Below, piece after piece: positions 8,854-18,128 of a stretch of 64,000 nt of DNA (within the stretch, counting starts at the first letter, position 1; each line of letters opens with the position of its first letter). Origin of the DNA: a virus. Taxonomy: Duplodnaviria; Caudoviricetes. Location of the stretch: positions 64,001-128,000 of IMG/VR virus record IMGVR_UViG_3300020576_005257; one strand, written 5' to 3'. Both the position numbers and the translations under genes were made by a program. The notes under the pieces are model-generated. The model saw only the letters and a program-made list of their open reading frames with translations, was not told the DNA's origin and ran no database searches.

Positions 8854-9456
8854 ATGAATAAATTACTTATTGGAGTTGGCGGTTATAAGAGGCATGGTAA
8901 GAATCTTGTAGCTATGGGCCTGGAGAATGTCTTACCTAATACTAAAATCTTGGCTTTCGCTGATCCTCTTAAAATGGAAGTAGCTCAACAACTTGCTACT
9001 ATAGATGTTAATGAAGACAGAGCACCAGATTGGGCTAGCAGAGTAAAGTTTTATTTTGCTGAAATGAACTCAGAGGAAATTGATCCTAATACTGGTCGGG
9101 CTATTAAAGAGAATTATCGTTTAATTACCCAGTGGTGGGGAACAGAGTGGAGAAGGAAACAAGATGAAAATTATTGGATTAATAAATATCAGGAAGAATT
9201 TCTCAAAGATGATCAACATCAATTCTTTATTGCTCCAGACTGTAGGTTTCCTAATGAAGATGAATTTATTCACAAAATGGGTGGTATTCTTTTAAAGGTA
9301 GAAAGACCTATACTTGGTAAACCTAATGATATGCATGAATCAGAAGCATATGTAGATTCATTGAACTATGATTGGATTTTTGAAAATACTTCTAGTATTG
9401 AAGAATTACTTCTTCAAGTTGGAGACTATGCCACAAGGAACTTAATTAATGTTTAA
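8854..9456 (+). CDS. deoxynucleoside monophosphate kinase (T4 gp1-like)
   Basis: GYKRHGK P-loop, AFADPLK, QWWGTE, DCRFPNE, HESE. Confidence 0.9.
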   Translation: MNKLLIGVGGYKRHGKNLVAMGLENVLPNTKILAFADPLKMEVAQQLATIDVNEDRAPDWASRVKFYFAEMNSEEIDPNTGRAIKENYRLITQWWGTEWRRKQDENYWINKYQEEFLKDDQHQFFIAPDCRFPNEDEFIHKMGGILLKVERPILGKPNDMHESEAYVDSLNYDWIFENTSSIEELLLQVGDYATRNLINV

Positions 9457-9991
9457 CCAAAACGAAGATCACATCATTGATTTAACTGTTAATCCAATTT
9501 TTACAGGACAAGCTCCTCCTTCTTATAAAGATACTAAACAATTTAAAGAGAATCAGTTTCATCTAAAGTTAGCTTTTTTAAATGCTACTAGAAGCAAAGA
9601 TCCTGCTACCAAAGTTGGATCAGTTATAGTTTCTAGCTGTGGTAGAATGATTAGCACTGGTTATAACGGGTTTCCAAAAGGAGTACAAGAATCAGTTGAC
9701 CTTTGGGAGAAACCAGAAAAGTATCGTAGAGTAATACATGCAGAAGTAAATGCTATCCTTAATTGTCCATTTGAAGTAAGAGGATCTGTACTTTACACTA
9801 CACTTTTCCCATGTTCTCAGTGTTTGGGTTTTATTATCCAATCAGGGATACAAACTATTGTTTTTTATGGTAAACTGTGGGAGAAAGAACCTAATAAGGA
9901 TTTAAGAGAGGAGTGGTCGCAATATCTTCATATTGTTACTCATCCTGATAACGAAGAAATGAATAAATATATTGAGGCTATAAATGTATAA
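9449..9991 (+). CDS. dCMP deaminase
   Basis: SKDPATKVG, TGYNG, HAEVNA and PCSQC zinc motifs. Confidence 0.92.
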   Translation: MFNQNEDHIIDLTVNPIFTGQAPPSYKDTKQFKENQFHLKLAFLNATRSKDPATKVGSVIVSSCGRMISTGYNGFPKGVQESVDLWEKPEKYRRVIHAEVNAILNCPFEVRGSVLYTTLFPCSQCLGFIIQSGIQTIVFYGKLWEKEPNKDLREEWSQYLHIVTHPDNEEMNKYIEAINV

Positions 9992-10670
9992 GACACCACC
10001 TATTAATTATCTTCTTGGTGGCAAACGCGGTGCTACCCCAGTAACTAAAAATAGTTTTCCTAAAGAATCACATACTTTCCTTACTGAGAGAGGATTATCA
10101 TTAGATCCTCTTAAACTAAAGGAATCTGATGTTGATATTTATGATATTGCTAGAGCCTTATCTCATCAATGCAGATTTGGTGGTAGGGTTAGACAAACTT
10201 ACACAGTAGCTACTCATTCATTGAATATGGTGAATTGGACTGATGATCCTAAAATTCAAATGCTAGCATTATTACATGATGCTACTGAGGCTTACATTAC
10301 TGATATTCCTAAGCCATATAAACACGCTCTTTATTTAAAGATTGATGACAAGTTACTTTCTTTTGAAGAGTATGAAGAACATTTACTCCAAACAATTTTG
10401 GCTGGTTTAGAATGTTCTCATATTTATACAGATTCTAACTGGAAAAAGGTTAGAGAGCTTGATCTTAGAGCACTAGAAATTGAATTTGAATTAGTAGCTG
10501 GTTTGTGGACTACTATTTCAAGCGAAAACGATGAGGAACCTCCAACTCCAATTAAATATGTTCATAGTCATCATGTAAGTGATTTTGTTTTTGTAACTGA
10601 TTCTCCTATAAATACAGCTAAACAGTTTGTTAGTACCTTTTTCAGCTTACACTCTTTAATAAATGAGTAA
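9984..10670 (+). CDS. HD-domain deoxynucleotidase (YfbR/YfdR-like)
   Basis: DIARALSHQCRFGG, YTVATHS, LLHDATEAYITDIP. Confidence 0.85.
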   Translation: MYKTPPINYLLGGKRGATPVTKNSFPKESHTFLTERGLSLDPLKLKESDVDIYDIARALSHQCRFGGRVRQTYTVATHSLNMVNWTDDPKIQMLALLHDATEAYITDIPKPYKHALYLKIDDKLLSFEEYEEHLLQTILAGLECSHIYTDSNWKKVRELDLRALEIEFELVAGLWTTISSENDEEPPTPIKYVHSHHVSDFVFVTDSPINTAKQFVSTFFSLHSLINE

Positions 10671-11646
10671 TGATCCAACAATCATAAAGTCGTTAACACT
10701 TCACAATTTTAGAAGTCATACTACTACACATGTAGATTTTGGTCAAATTACTGAGATCGTTCCTAAAAAGGGTGCTCCTCCTAATAATATTGGTAAAACA
10801 AATATTCTTAGAGCATTAAGAATTCTTATTCATCATGCTGAATTCCCACAGAAAGCTATTACTAGAGGTTGTGCTAACTCTATAATTACTCTAGAATTAG
10901 TTGATGGTCATGTTATTAGTAGGAACTTACAAAAGAGTAAACAGACTGTAAGTATTGTTTACCCTGATGGTAGTAAAAAAGAATTCTATGGTGTAAATGA
11001 TTCTAAACCATATGTCTTGGCAGCTATTGGTATTGAGAAAGTCTCTCTAGACCCTAGTAGTGGTCTAGAAGACTTTAACTATATACAAGCAGGTAGTCCT
11101 ACTTTCTTACTGGAAGATAGGGCTGATATGCTTCTTCGTAAAATGTCTACCTTGATTGGGTCTTCCCAAATTGAGGATATTAGTATTGAGCTATCTAAAG
11201 AGATTAAATCTTTAGAACATAGGAAGAGACTCAAAGAAAAAGACATTTCTTATTATACTAATATTTCTGTTACTGCTAGAACTACTGCTAGTAAAGTAGA
11301 ACAAACTCTGTATGCAATAAATAAAGTTGAAGAAGCTATAAAAGAAAATACCAAGTTATTAGAAAAAGCTAAACAATTACAATTAAGCTGTGGTAGTAAA
11401 GATACTAAAAAGTTAGCTGAATTAGTTGAAGATGTTAAGCCTTTAGCTAAAAGTGTTATACAACATATTAAACTACTAGATATTTTAGTTCCTTTTCAAG
11501 ATGAATTGACATCTATTAATTCTATTTTAGAAGAGCAGAATAATATTAAATCTAAATATAGTGCTGAATTACTTGCTTTACAAGCAGAAATATCAACTTT
11601 GAATTCTACTAGTGAGGTTTGTCCTACTTGCCAGAGGCCTTTATGA
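10663..11646 (+). CDS. Rad50/SbcC ATPase, N-terminal half ending at the zinc hook
   Basis: LHNFRSH, Walker A NNIGKTN, Q-loop NYIQ, coiled coil, terminal CPTCQRPL. Confidence 0.85.
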   Translation: MSNDPTIIKSLTLHNFRSHTTTHVDFGQITEIVPKKGAPPNNIGKTNILRALRILIHHAEFPQKAITRGCANSIITLELVDGHVISRNLQKSKQTVSIVYPDGSKKEFYGVNDSKPYVLAAIGIEKVSLDPSSGLEDFNYIQAGSPTFLLEDRADMLLRKMSTLIGSSQIEDISIELSKEIKSLEHRKRLKEKDISYYTNISVTARTTASKVEQTLYAINKVEEAIKENTKLLEKAKQLQLSCGSKDTKKLAELVEDVKPLAKSVIQHIKLLDILVPFQDELTSINSILEEQNNIKSKYSAELLALQAEISTLNSTSEVCPTCQRPL

Positions 11647-12632
11647 GACCAGCTATTTTTTTTACTGATGTCCATATTAGTAAGCTAACGCCTAAATCTG
11701 CAAGAGAGTCTTGTTGGCAAACAGTATCTACAGCTTTGAGTTGGGTTGCTGATTTAGCAGTAGAACTTAACGCAGAAGTTATTTTGTGTGGTGGAGATAT
11801 AACCGATAAATATAACTGGCCATCATTTGATAGTTATCAGTTATGGAGATTGTTTAATAAATTCCCTTCTCCAGTTTATACGGTAGTAGGTAATCATGAC
11901 ATTCCTGGTGCCAACTTATCTCTTCTTTCTTTTAGTGGTTTAGGCCAAATCATCAATCCTAATTTTGATATGTGGGGAGCTAGTTTAAATATAGGTCCTG
12001 GCGGAGTTAAAATTATTGATACAGTCCAACAGTTTGGACCTTTTAGAGTTGTAGGTTATCAATGGAATGATCCTCTTCTTGAAGAGGTCCCCTTAAATTA
12101 TACTAGAATTGAAGAAAAATTTAATAAAATTCCTTTAGAGAAAGGAGAGCATGTAAACATTTTAGTTTCCCATGCTACTGTTGGCCCAAACAAAACAGAC
12201 TATTGCCCAGATTACACTCAGTTAGAAATAGATTCTAGAATTGATTTTGCTTTATTTGGAGACATACATACTGGCTTCGGCCCAGTAAAATTAAAGAATG
12301 GGGTTACAGCTGGAAATCCAGGGGCACTTTATCGTAGAAGTTTTGCTGAAAAAGATAACATTCCTGGAGTATTTATTATTTGGCCAGACAAGAAGATAGA
12401 GTGGCGTGAGATTCCTCATGTTAAGCCCGAAGAGGCATTTTATGTTAAGAGCCATGAGAGAAGAGCTAATTTAAGAGACATGGATTTTAAGGCTGCTATT
12501 GCTGCTTCTAGAGCAGCCAAAAATATGAATCCTATTGACTTTGTTAGACAAGTAGGACAAGAAGCTGGTTTTAGAGAAGAACCAATTGAACAAGTAATAA
12601 AAAGGATTCAGAAAAATGAAAGAAAAGATTGA
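11643..12632 (+). CDS. Mre11/SbcD nuclease (start moved to ATG 11643)
   Basis: TDVH, GGDITD, GNHD, SH and GDIH phosphoesterase motifs plus NPGAL; ATGA overlap with the Rad50-N stop. Confidence 0.85.
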   Translation: MRPAIFFTDVHISKLTPKSARESCWQTVSTALSWVADLAVELNAEVILCGGDITDKYNWPSFDSYQLWRLFNKFPSPVYTVVGNHDIPGANLSLLSFSGLGQIINPNFDMWGASLNIGPGGVKIIDTVQQFGPFRVVGYQWNDPLLEEVPLNYTRIEEKFNKIPLEKGEHVNILVSHATVGPNKTDYCPDYTQLEIDSRIDFALFGDIHTGFGPVKLKNGVTAGNPGALYRRSFAEKDNIPGVFIIWPDKKIEWREIPHVKPEEAFYVKSHERRANLRDMDFKAAIAASRAAKNMNPIDFVRQVGQEAGFREEPIEQVIKRIQKNERKD

Positions 12633-12870
12633 TGAATGTAAAGAGAAATTAGACAGGGCTAAGCAAGCTGTTCTAAAAGCTGAACTAATTTTAGAAACAG
12701 CTAATTCAGATAAAAAATCTATCCTTTCCGAATTAGCCAATTTAGGTTGGACTGAGAAAGATCTTCCAAATAAAATTGAAGAGATTAGTACTAAGCTAGA
12801 GAAAGATTCTCAAAGGCTTAGTGAACTAGTAGAAGAGTTGGAGGAAATTGTTGACAAAAACTCTAACTAA
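12616..12870 (+). CDS. small coiled-coil protein of the split Rad50 locus
   Basis: Heptad-rich E/K/L sequence between Mre11 and the Rad50 C-half. Confidence 0.7.
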   Translation: MKEKIDECKEKLDRAKQAVLKAELILETANSDKKSILSELANLGWTEKDLPNKIEEISTKLEKDSQRLSELVEELEEIVDKNSN

Positions 12871-13465
12871 AGATTTACAATACAAGGCTATCAAATTAAT
12901 TTCTCAAGCTGATCTTTTAGAAAAACAGTTAAAGACTGAGACTGAGGAGCTAAGAGAATTTAACAAGGAAATTGCATTATATAGAGAATCTTTTTTATTA
13001 GCTAGACAATGTTCTAAGAAGTTTATTGATAGAATTAATACTATTGAAGAACTAGTTAGTGAAGGGTTAAGTATAGTCTTCGATACACCAATGAAATTCT
13101 ACTTTGAAAAAGTAGAAGATCCTGGTGGTTCATTAAAAGGTTTAAAACCAATGATCGAACAAGAAGATGGCCATACCGAAGCACCTGAATCAGGTTTTGG
13201 CTCATCGGTTGTACAGATAACTTCTACTATTTTAAGAGTTTGTGTTTTAGCAATTTTAGGAACTACAAAACCAATTTTGATTCTTGACGAGCCATTTAGT
13301 AATGTTAACATAGCTTTAAGAGAAAACCTTGAATTATTTATATCTCAAATAGCTAAAGATGCTGGTATCCAAATTATAACAGTTACTCATATGGACTCTG
13401 ATGCTCCAGTAGTATATGAAGTAGAAAAAATAGGTATAACTTCTTATGTCAAGAGAATAAAGTAA
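12848..13465 (+). CDS. Rad50/SbcC ATPase, C-terminal half
   Basis: Short coil, degenerate signature FGSSVVQ, Walker B/D-loop LILDEPFSNV, H-loop ITVTH. Confidence 0.85.
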   Translation: MLTKTLTKDLQYKAIKLISQADLLEKQLKTETEELREFNKEIALYRESFLLARQCSKKFIDRINTIEELVSEGLSIVFDTPMKFYFEKVEDPGGSLKGLKPMIEQEDGHTEAPESGFGSSVVQITSTILRVCVLAILGTTKPILILDEPFSNVNIALRENLELFISQIAKDAGIQIITVTHMDSDAPVVYEVEKIGITSYVKRIK

Positions 13466-13473
13466 TCTATAAA

Positions 13474-13490
13474 CCTCTATTTTATAGAGG
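13474..13490 (+). promoter_or_regulatory. hairpin occluding the ribosome-binding site of the first tail-cluster gene
   Basis: CCTCTAT-TTT-ATAGAGG ends 2 nt before ATG 13493. Confidence 0.55.
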
Positions 13491-13492
13491 CT

Positions 13493-13888
13493 ATGTACCT
13501 AGATAACTTAACCCATATATTAGTAGTAACCACTACTATGCCGAGTGGTACCACAAATATTGGAGCCTATTATGGTTTCCTAGAAGATCTCGGAAATGGT
13601 TTACCTAAAAATAAGTTTGTTTCAATTAATATAGCTGCTTCTGGTGATGTAGGACTTGAGTCTTTTACTGCTGTTTCTACTAAAAGAACAGTAAACACTT
13701 TAAGCTTTACTAATTCTGGAAGTTATCAGGCTGGTATTGAGGTTAGCATTATGCCTCAATCTACTGGTGTTAAAATACCCATTCAAGTTTTTACACTTGA
13801 ACCAGGATATACTTTATCCTACTCTCCTTTCAGTAACTGGTCAATTTCTCCATCTTTACTTTTAGGAGTAGATGGAGGTAGCCCTTAA
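13493..13888 (+). CDS. probable virion protein, first gene of the tail-fibre cluster
   Basis: Beta-rich S/T/G composition; TAATG-coupled to the next gene. Confidence 0.55.
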   Translation: MYLDNLTHILVVTTTMPSGTTNIGAYYGFLEDLGNGLPKNKFVSINIAASGDVGLESFTAVSTKRTVNTLSFTNSGSYQAGIEVSIMPQSTGVKIPIQVFTLEPGYTLSYSPFSNWSISPSLLLGVDGGSP

Positions 13889-14919
13889 TGGCTACTATTC
13901 AATTTAGAAGAGGAACAGCTGCTCAATGGACAGCAACTAATCCTATTTTAGCAAATGCTGAATTAGGTTATGAAACAGATACGGGTAAATATAAGATTGG
14001 TAATGGCTCAACTAATTGGGTTTCTTTACCTTATGCTAATACTTCTGGTGGAAGTGTAACCAGTGTTAATGGTCAAACTGGTGATGTTACTATTGCTCCT
14101 ACAGGAGTTTTAACATGGAATGGTCAATCTGGCCATGTAATCTACACTCCACCTACTGGCTCAGTAGGTTCTGGCGGGACTACTTATTATAATACAACCT
14201 ATATAGATCAATCAGCAGGTACTTCAGATACCTATGGTACTCTTTTAGGAACTATTAATGGTATAAATACTCTTTTTACTGTATCCCAATCACGGTATGC
14301 TAGTGGATCATTAAAAGTATATTTAAATGGCCAGTTACAAACACAAGGTACTACAGAAGATTGGGTAGAAACAGATCCAAGCCTAGGAACTTTTTCTTTT
14401 ATTACTCCACCAGTAACTGGTGATTATCTTACAGCAGAGTATCAATTAACTTCTAGTAGCTCTGGAGGTACTATAGTTGGATCTTCTTTATTGACTCTAA
14501 CTGGAGCAGTAACAGGATCTGGAATTGGTACAGTTGTAACTACATTAGCACCTAATATAGTAGGTATCCATAATCTCTCAGCCTCTGGAACTCCCTCAGC
14601 TAGCAAATATTTAAGAGGAGATAATACTTGGGCTACTATTGTAGCTGGAGGTAGTGGTTCAACTAATGATATTGAATTAACCCTTCAAATGATAACTTTA
14701 ATAAGTTATGTAGAATACACCTATGATCTCAGCGGCAATTTAACTAATAAAGATATTTGGGAAGATAACACAAAAACTAATAAATATTACTCTATTTTAT
14801 ATAACTATACTGGAGATGATCTTACTTCTTTAGACGTGACTAGAGAGACTGACTCATTTTCTTATACCAAGACTTTTACTTACTTAGATGGTAACTTGGT
14901 TAGTAGTACAATAAACTAA
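13888..14919 (+). CDS. tail-fibre protein with Mtd_N / hyaluronidase-N anchor
   Basis: IQFRRGTAAQWTATNPILANAELGYETDTGKYKIGNG; VTSVNGQTGDV; YLRGDNTW. Confidence 0.8.
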   Translation: MATIQFRRGTAAQWTATNPILANAELGYETDTGKYKIGNGSTNWVSLPYANTSGGSVTSVNGQTGDVTIAPTGVLTWNGQSGHVIYTPPTGSVGSGGTTYYNTTYIDQSAGTSDTYGTLLGTINGINTLFTVSQSRYASGSLKVYLNGQLQTQGTTEDWVETDPSLGTFSFITPPVTGDYLTAEYQLTSSSSGGTIVGSSLLTLTGAVTGSGIGTVVTTLAPNIVGIHNLSASGTPSASKYLRGDNTWATIVAGGSGSTNDIELTLQMITLISYVEYTYDLSGNLTNKDIWEDNTKTNKYYSILYNYTGDDLTSLDVTRETDSFSYTKTFTYLDGNLVSSTIN

Positions 14920-14932
14920 AGGAATTAAATTT

Positions 14933-15343
14933 ATGAGTTTTGGTAATACAACAGAAACCGACGTACTTGCTAAATTATTTAACAATACTGCATTATCTTG
15001 GGATGCTAATACTGATTTATATTTAGCTCTACACACCGCTGACCCTGGTGAGGCTGGTAGTCAGACAACTTCTGAAGCTAACTATACTAGTTATGCTAGA
15101 GTTGCTGTAAATAGAAACTCTGGTGGTTGGACTGTTTCAGGTAGCTCTGTTACTAACACTGCTCTAGTACAATTTCCACAATGTACTGGTGGATCTAGTG
15201 TTTGTACTTATGTAAGTATTGGTACTGCATCCTCTGGAGCTGGTCAGATATTGGTTAGTGGGGCTTTGAATAGCTCTCTTAGTGTTAGTAATCTTATTCA
15301 ACCACAGTTTGCTGCTACAGCTTTAACCTTTACCTTAGACTAA
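14933..15343 (+). CDS. phage tail/fibre-associated structural protein
   Basis: YLALHTADPGEAG...EANYTSYARVAV, a common phage structural motif. Confidence 0.7.
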   Translation: MSFGNTTETDVLAKLFNNTALSWDANTDLYLALHTADPGEAGSQTTSEANYTSYARVAVNRNSGGWTVSGSSVTNTALVQFPQCTGGSSVCTYVSIGTASSGAGQILVSGALNSSLSVSNLIQPQFAATALTFTLD

Positions 15344-16209
15344 TGGCTAGTGGGTTTAATAGTATACGAGAATTAGTTGTTGCTGAGGATACTTTAGGAA
15401 GTAAGAAACTCTCTTCTTATAGAAAAGTACCAATTCAAACTACTGCAAAGGGATTTTGGTTTGATTTATCAATGTCTCCTGGTAATCCTTTACCTCAATA
15501 CTATGCTGCTTCACCTTTAACTGCTACCATTTTGGCTCGGAGTACAGATGGAGGATTAGATCATGGTGGACCAGTAAGTCCAGCTAAAAAAGTTCTTAGA
15601 AAAGCTTTAGCTATGACTGTAACTTCTACAGTTGTTCCATGTCCTATAATCATTTGTGATTACTTATTGTACTATTCATTTATTGATCAAGGAACTACTG
15701 ATCCTCAAACAATGATTAATACTAATACTTTAACAAGATACACAGATGGAGTAGGAGTTCAAGCTATGGCTGTTTGTGTTGCCGCTCATACTGGTGGTCA
15801 GACTTTTAGTATTAACTATACTAATTCTGATGGAGTTGCTGGGAGAGTTAGTCCTAACTGTACTATGACTACTCAATCTGTTAATGGCACAATTATCACT
15901 TCAGCTACAAATACCTTAGGTGCTAATGGTGCTTTTATTCCATTACAAGGTGGTGATAAAGGAATAAGAAGTATTCAAAGTGTAACAATGAATGGAGTAG
16001 ACATTGGTTTGTTTGCTTTGGTCTTAGTCAAACCTATTGCTCAACTTAGTATCAGAGGTATTGATGCTCCAGTTGAAATAGATTATTTTAAAGATTTTTC
16101 AAATTTGCCAGAAATTAAAGATGATGCATATTTGAATATGATCTGTATGCCTGGTGGAACTATTAATGGTTCTACAATAATGGGTTATACAGAGGTTAGT
16201 TGGTTTTAA
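15343..16209 (+). CDS. virion structural protein, paralogue of 16222..17376
   Basis: LTRYTDGVGVQA, YTNSDG, FIPLQGGDKGI, LVLVKP. Confidence 0.65.
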   Translation: MASGFNSIRELVVAEDTLGSKKLSSYRKVPIQTTAKGFWFDLSMSPGNPLPQYYAASPLTATILARSTDGGLDHGGPVSPAKKVLRKALAMTVTSTVVPCPIIICDYLLYYSFIDQGTTDPQTMINTNTLTRYTDGVGVQAMAVCVAAHTGGQTFSINYTNSDGVAGRVSPNCTMTTQSVNGTIITSATNTLGANGAFIPLQGGDKGIRSIQSVTMNGVDIGLFALVLVKPIAQLSIRGIDAPVEIDYFKDFSNLPEIKDDAYLNMICMPGGTINGSTIMGYTEVSWF

Positions 16210-16221
16210 GGAGAATAAATT

Positions 16222-17376
16222 ATGCCTTTTTCAAGTATGGATGATATTGTCAATGAGATCTCTACAGCAGGTCAATTCTTAAGAGTTGATTGGCAGAAAT
16301 CTTTCTTACCTACAACTAATGCTGTAGCTGGTGAATGGCATTATATGGCTAGAAGTGCTGGTAACCCTGGTGCTGATACCATTATGAATACTGGCACTAA
16401 CTTACTCTTTCAGCCTTTGAGTGATTCTACTACTACAGCTAATAGTATTCAGCATGGTGGTAATGTTTCTCCTAATTATAAACACATTTTAAATGCATCA
16501 GCTTTCACAGCAGCAGCTACTACTGCTCCATGTATTTTAATGCTTGTTGATTCTTTAGGTTTCTATAGAGTTACTTCTACAACTACAGCTCCTGGTGCTC
16601 AATCTTTAACTAATACTTTATCTACTTTTAGTACTTTTACTTCAGATGCTAGTACCGATATTTGTACTCATTCAAATATTAATTTAATGCCCTATACTAG
16701 GGTTCGATTAACTACTACAACTACTCTACCTGCTGGATTATCTCTAGCAACTGATTATTATGTAATCAAAGTTACAGACCTAACTTGTAAATTTGCAACT
16801 TCATATGCTAATGCTGTAGCTGGTACTGCTGTCAACATTACTGACAATGGTACTGGTACTCATACTATTACTACTCTTTTACCAAGATATACTAATGGTG
16901 CTGGAGTCCAAGCATTTATGTATGCTAATAATGCTACGCCTTTAGGTGCAGCTACTCCTAACTTATCTATTGGTTATACAAACTCACAACAAGTTGGAAG
17001 TAAAGCAACTCCTACTGTACTTCCAATTGGTAAAACTGCTGCTCCTAATGGTTTAGTTCTTTATTCAGGAACTGGTGCTGGAAAAGTTGGGCCATTTATG
17101 CCACTGGCGGCAGGAGATTCAGGAATTGCTCAAGTTGATACTACAACCCTTTCAGTTTCTTATGTTTCTGGTGAGTTTTCAATTGTACTTTGTAGGCCAC
17201 TATTAACCTTACCTATTACAACCTTAGGTGTTGCTTGTGAAAGGGATTTACTTAATCAATTGCCGTCATTGCCTAGAGTGTATGATGGAGCTTGTTTAAA
17301 CTGGTTGATCTATAGTGGTGTTGCAACTGTGACTAACAATGCTATTAATGGTCACTTAGACTTTGCTTGGGGTTAA
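16222..17376 (+). CDS. virion structural protein, paralogue of 15343..16209 with an inserted domain
   Basis: LPRYTNGAGVQA, YTNSQQ, FMPLAAGDSGI; insert containing LPAGLSLATDYYV. Confidence 0.65.
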   Translation: MPFSSMDDIVNEISTAGQFLRVDWQKSFLPTTNAVAGEWHYMARSAGNPGADTIMNTGTNLLFQPLSDSTTTANSIQHGGNVSPNYKHILNASAFTAAATTAPCILMLVDSLGFYRVTSTTTAPGAQSLTNTLSTFSTFTSDASTDICTHSNINLMPYTRVRLTTTTTLPAGLSLATDYYVIKVTDLTCKFATSYANAVAGTAVNITDNGTGTHTITTLLPRYTNGAGVQAFMYANNATPLGAATPNLSIGYTNSQQVGSKATPTVLPIGKTAAPNGLVLYSGTGAGKVGPFMPLAAGDSGIAQVDTTTLSVSYVSGEFSIVLCRPLLTLPITTLGVACERDLLNQLPSLPRVYDGACLNWLIYSGVATVTNNAINGHLDFAWG

Positions 17377-18128
17377 TACATCTTATGGCACTTATTGGAA
17401 ATTATTCTATTTATAGTAAATCCCCTACAAGGTTTAGGGGAGGAACTATTATCTCTGGAGACAGGGCTAACTTTAATAATTCATCCAATGCCAGAAATAT
17501 CTACTCCAATACAGTTATCAATAAAAAGAATGCTGTTCCAAATGGTTATTTACCACCAGCATCTTGGGTAATACCGCAAACAGCTGGAGGAATGGCTTCT
17601 TATACTGCTTTAACTTCTGTTGGAGCATTCCAAAATAGTAATTTAGCTGGTGGTATTAATGTTTTAGCAAATACTTTAACAGGATATCTTGCCGTTTCAT
17701 CTATAGGACAGTTAGTTGCTTCTTTAACATCAACTGTAACTGGACGTGGAGTTTTAGATCTACCAACTATTTTAGGAATTCTGCAAGCTAGTTCTAGTTT
17801 AACAGCTTCTGGGTTAATTACTAATGCAGCTCTTTCTCTACTTGCTTTTAAAACAGCAAGTTTTACTGGCGTTTTAGCTATCAGTAATGGTAATCTAACT
17901 AACGCCTCTTTATTGGCAATTGCTAATCTAACTGGTGGAATAGTAACTACTTTAGCAGAACTCGAAGCCAATGCTTTAATGGTTGCTGATATTCTTCCTT
18001 ATACTGAACTCTCACCACAATCTTTAGCTAATGCTGTGTGGGGTAAAAGTCTTCTTGATGAACTTGATGCTGGCACTTATGGTAAGCTAATAAAGCAACT
18101 TAAAGCAATGATAGCCGCAGGATTATAA
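17367..18128 (+). CDS. probable virion structural protein (start may be the downstream ATG 17385)
   Basis: A/L/T/G-rich repeats; LANAVW...GTYG C-terminus. Confidence 0.6.
   Translation: MGLIHLMALIGNYSIYSKSPTRFRGGTIISGDRANFNNSSNARNIYSNTVINKKNAVPNGYLPPASWVIPQTAGGMASYTALTSVGAFQNSNLAGGINVLANTLTGYLAVSSIGQLVASLTSTVTGRGVLDLPTILGILQASSSLTASGLITNAALSLLAFKTASFTGVLAISNGNLTNASLLAIANLTGGIVTTLAELEANALMVADILPYTELSPQSLANAVWGKSLLDELDAGTYGKLIKQLKAMIAAGL

Noticed and set aside
3770-10670. Z-genome (2-aminoadenine) or 7-deazaguanine DNA pathway
   Set aside because: The HD hydrolase and GuaB-like genes are present, but no PurZ, MazZ, DpdA, FolE or QueC/D/E was recognised in the window
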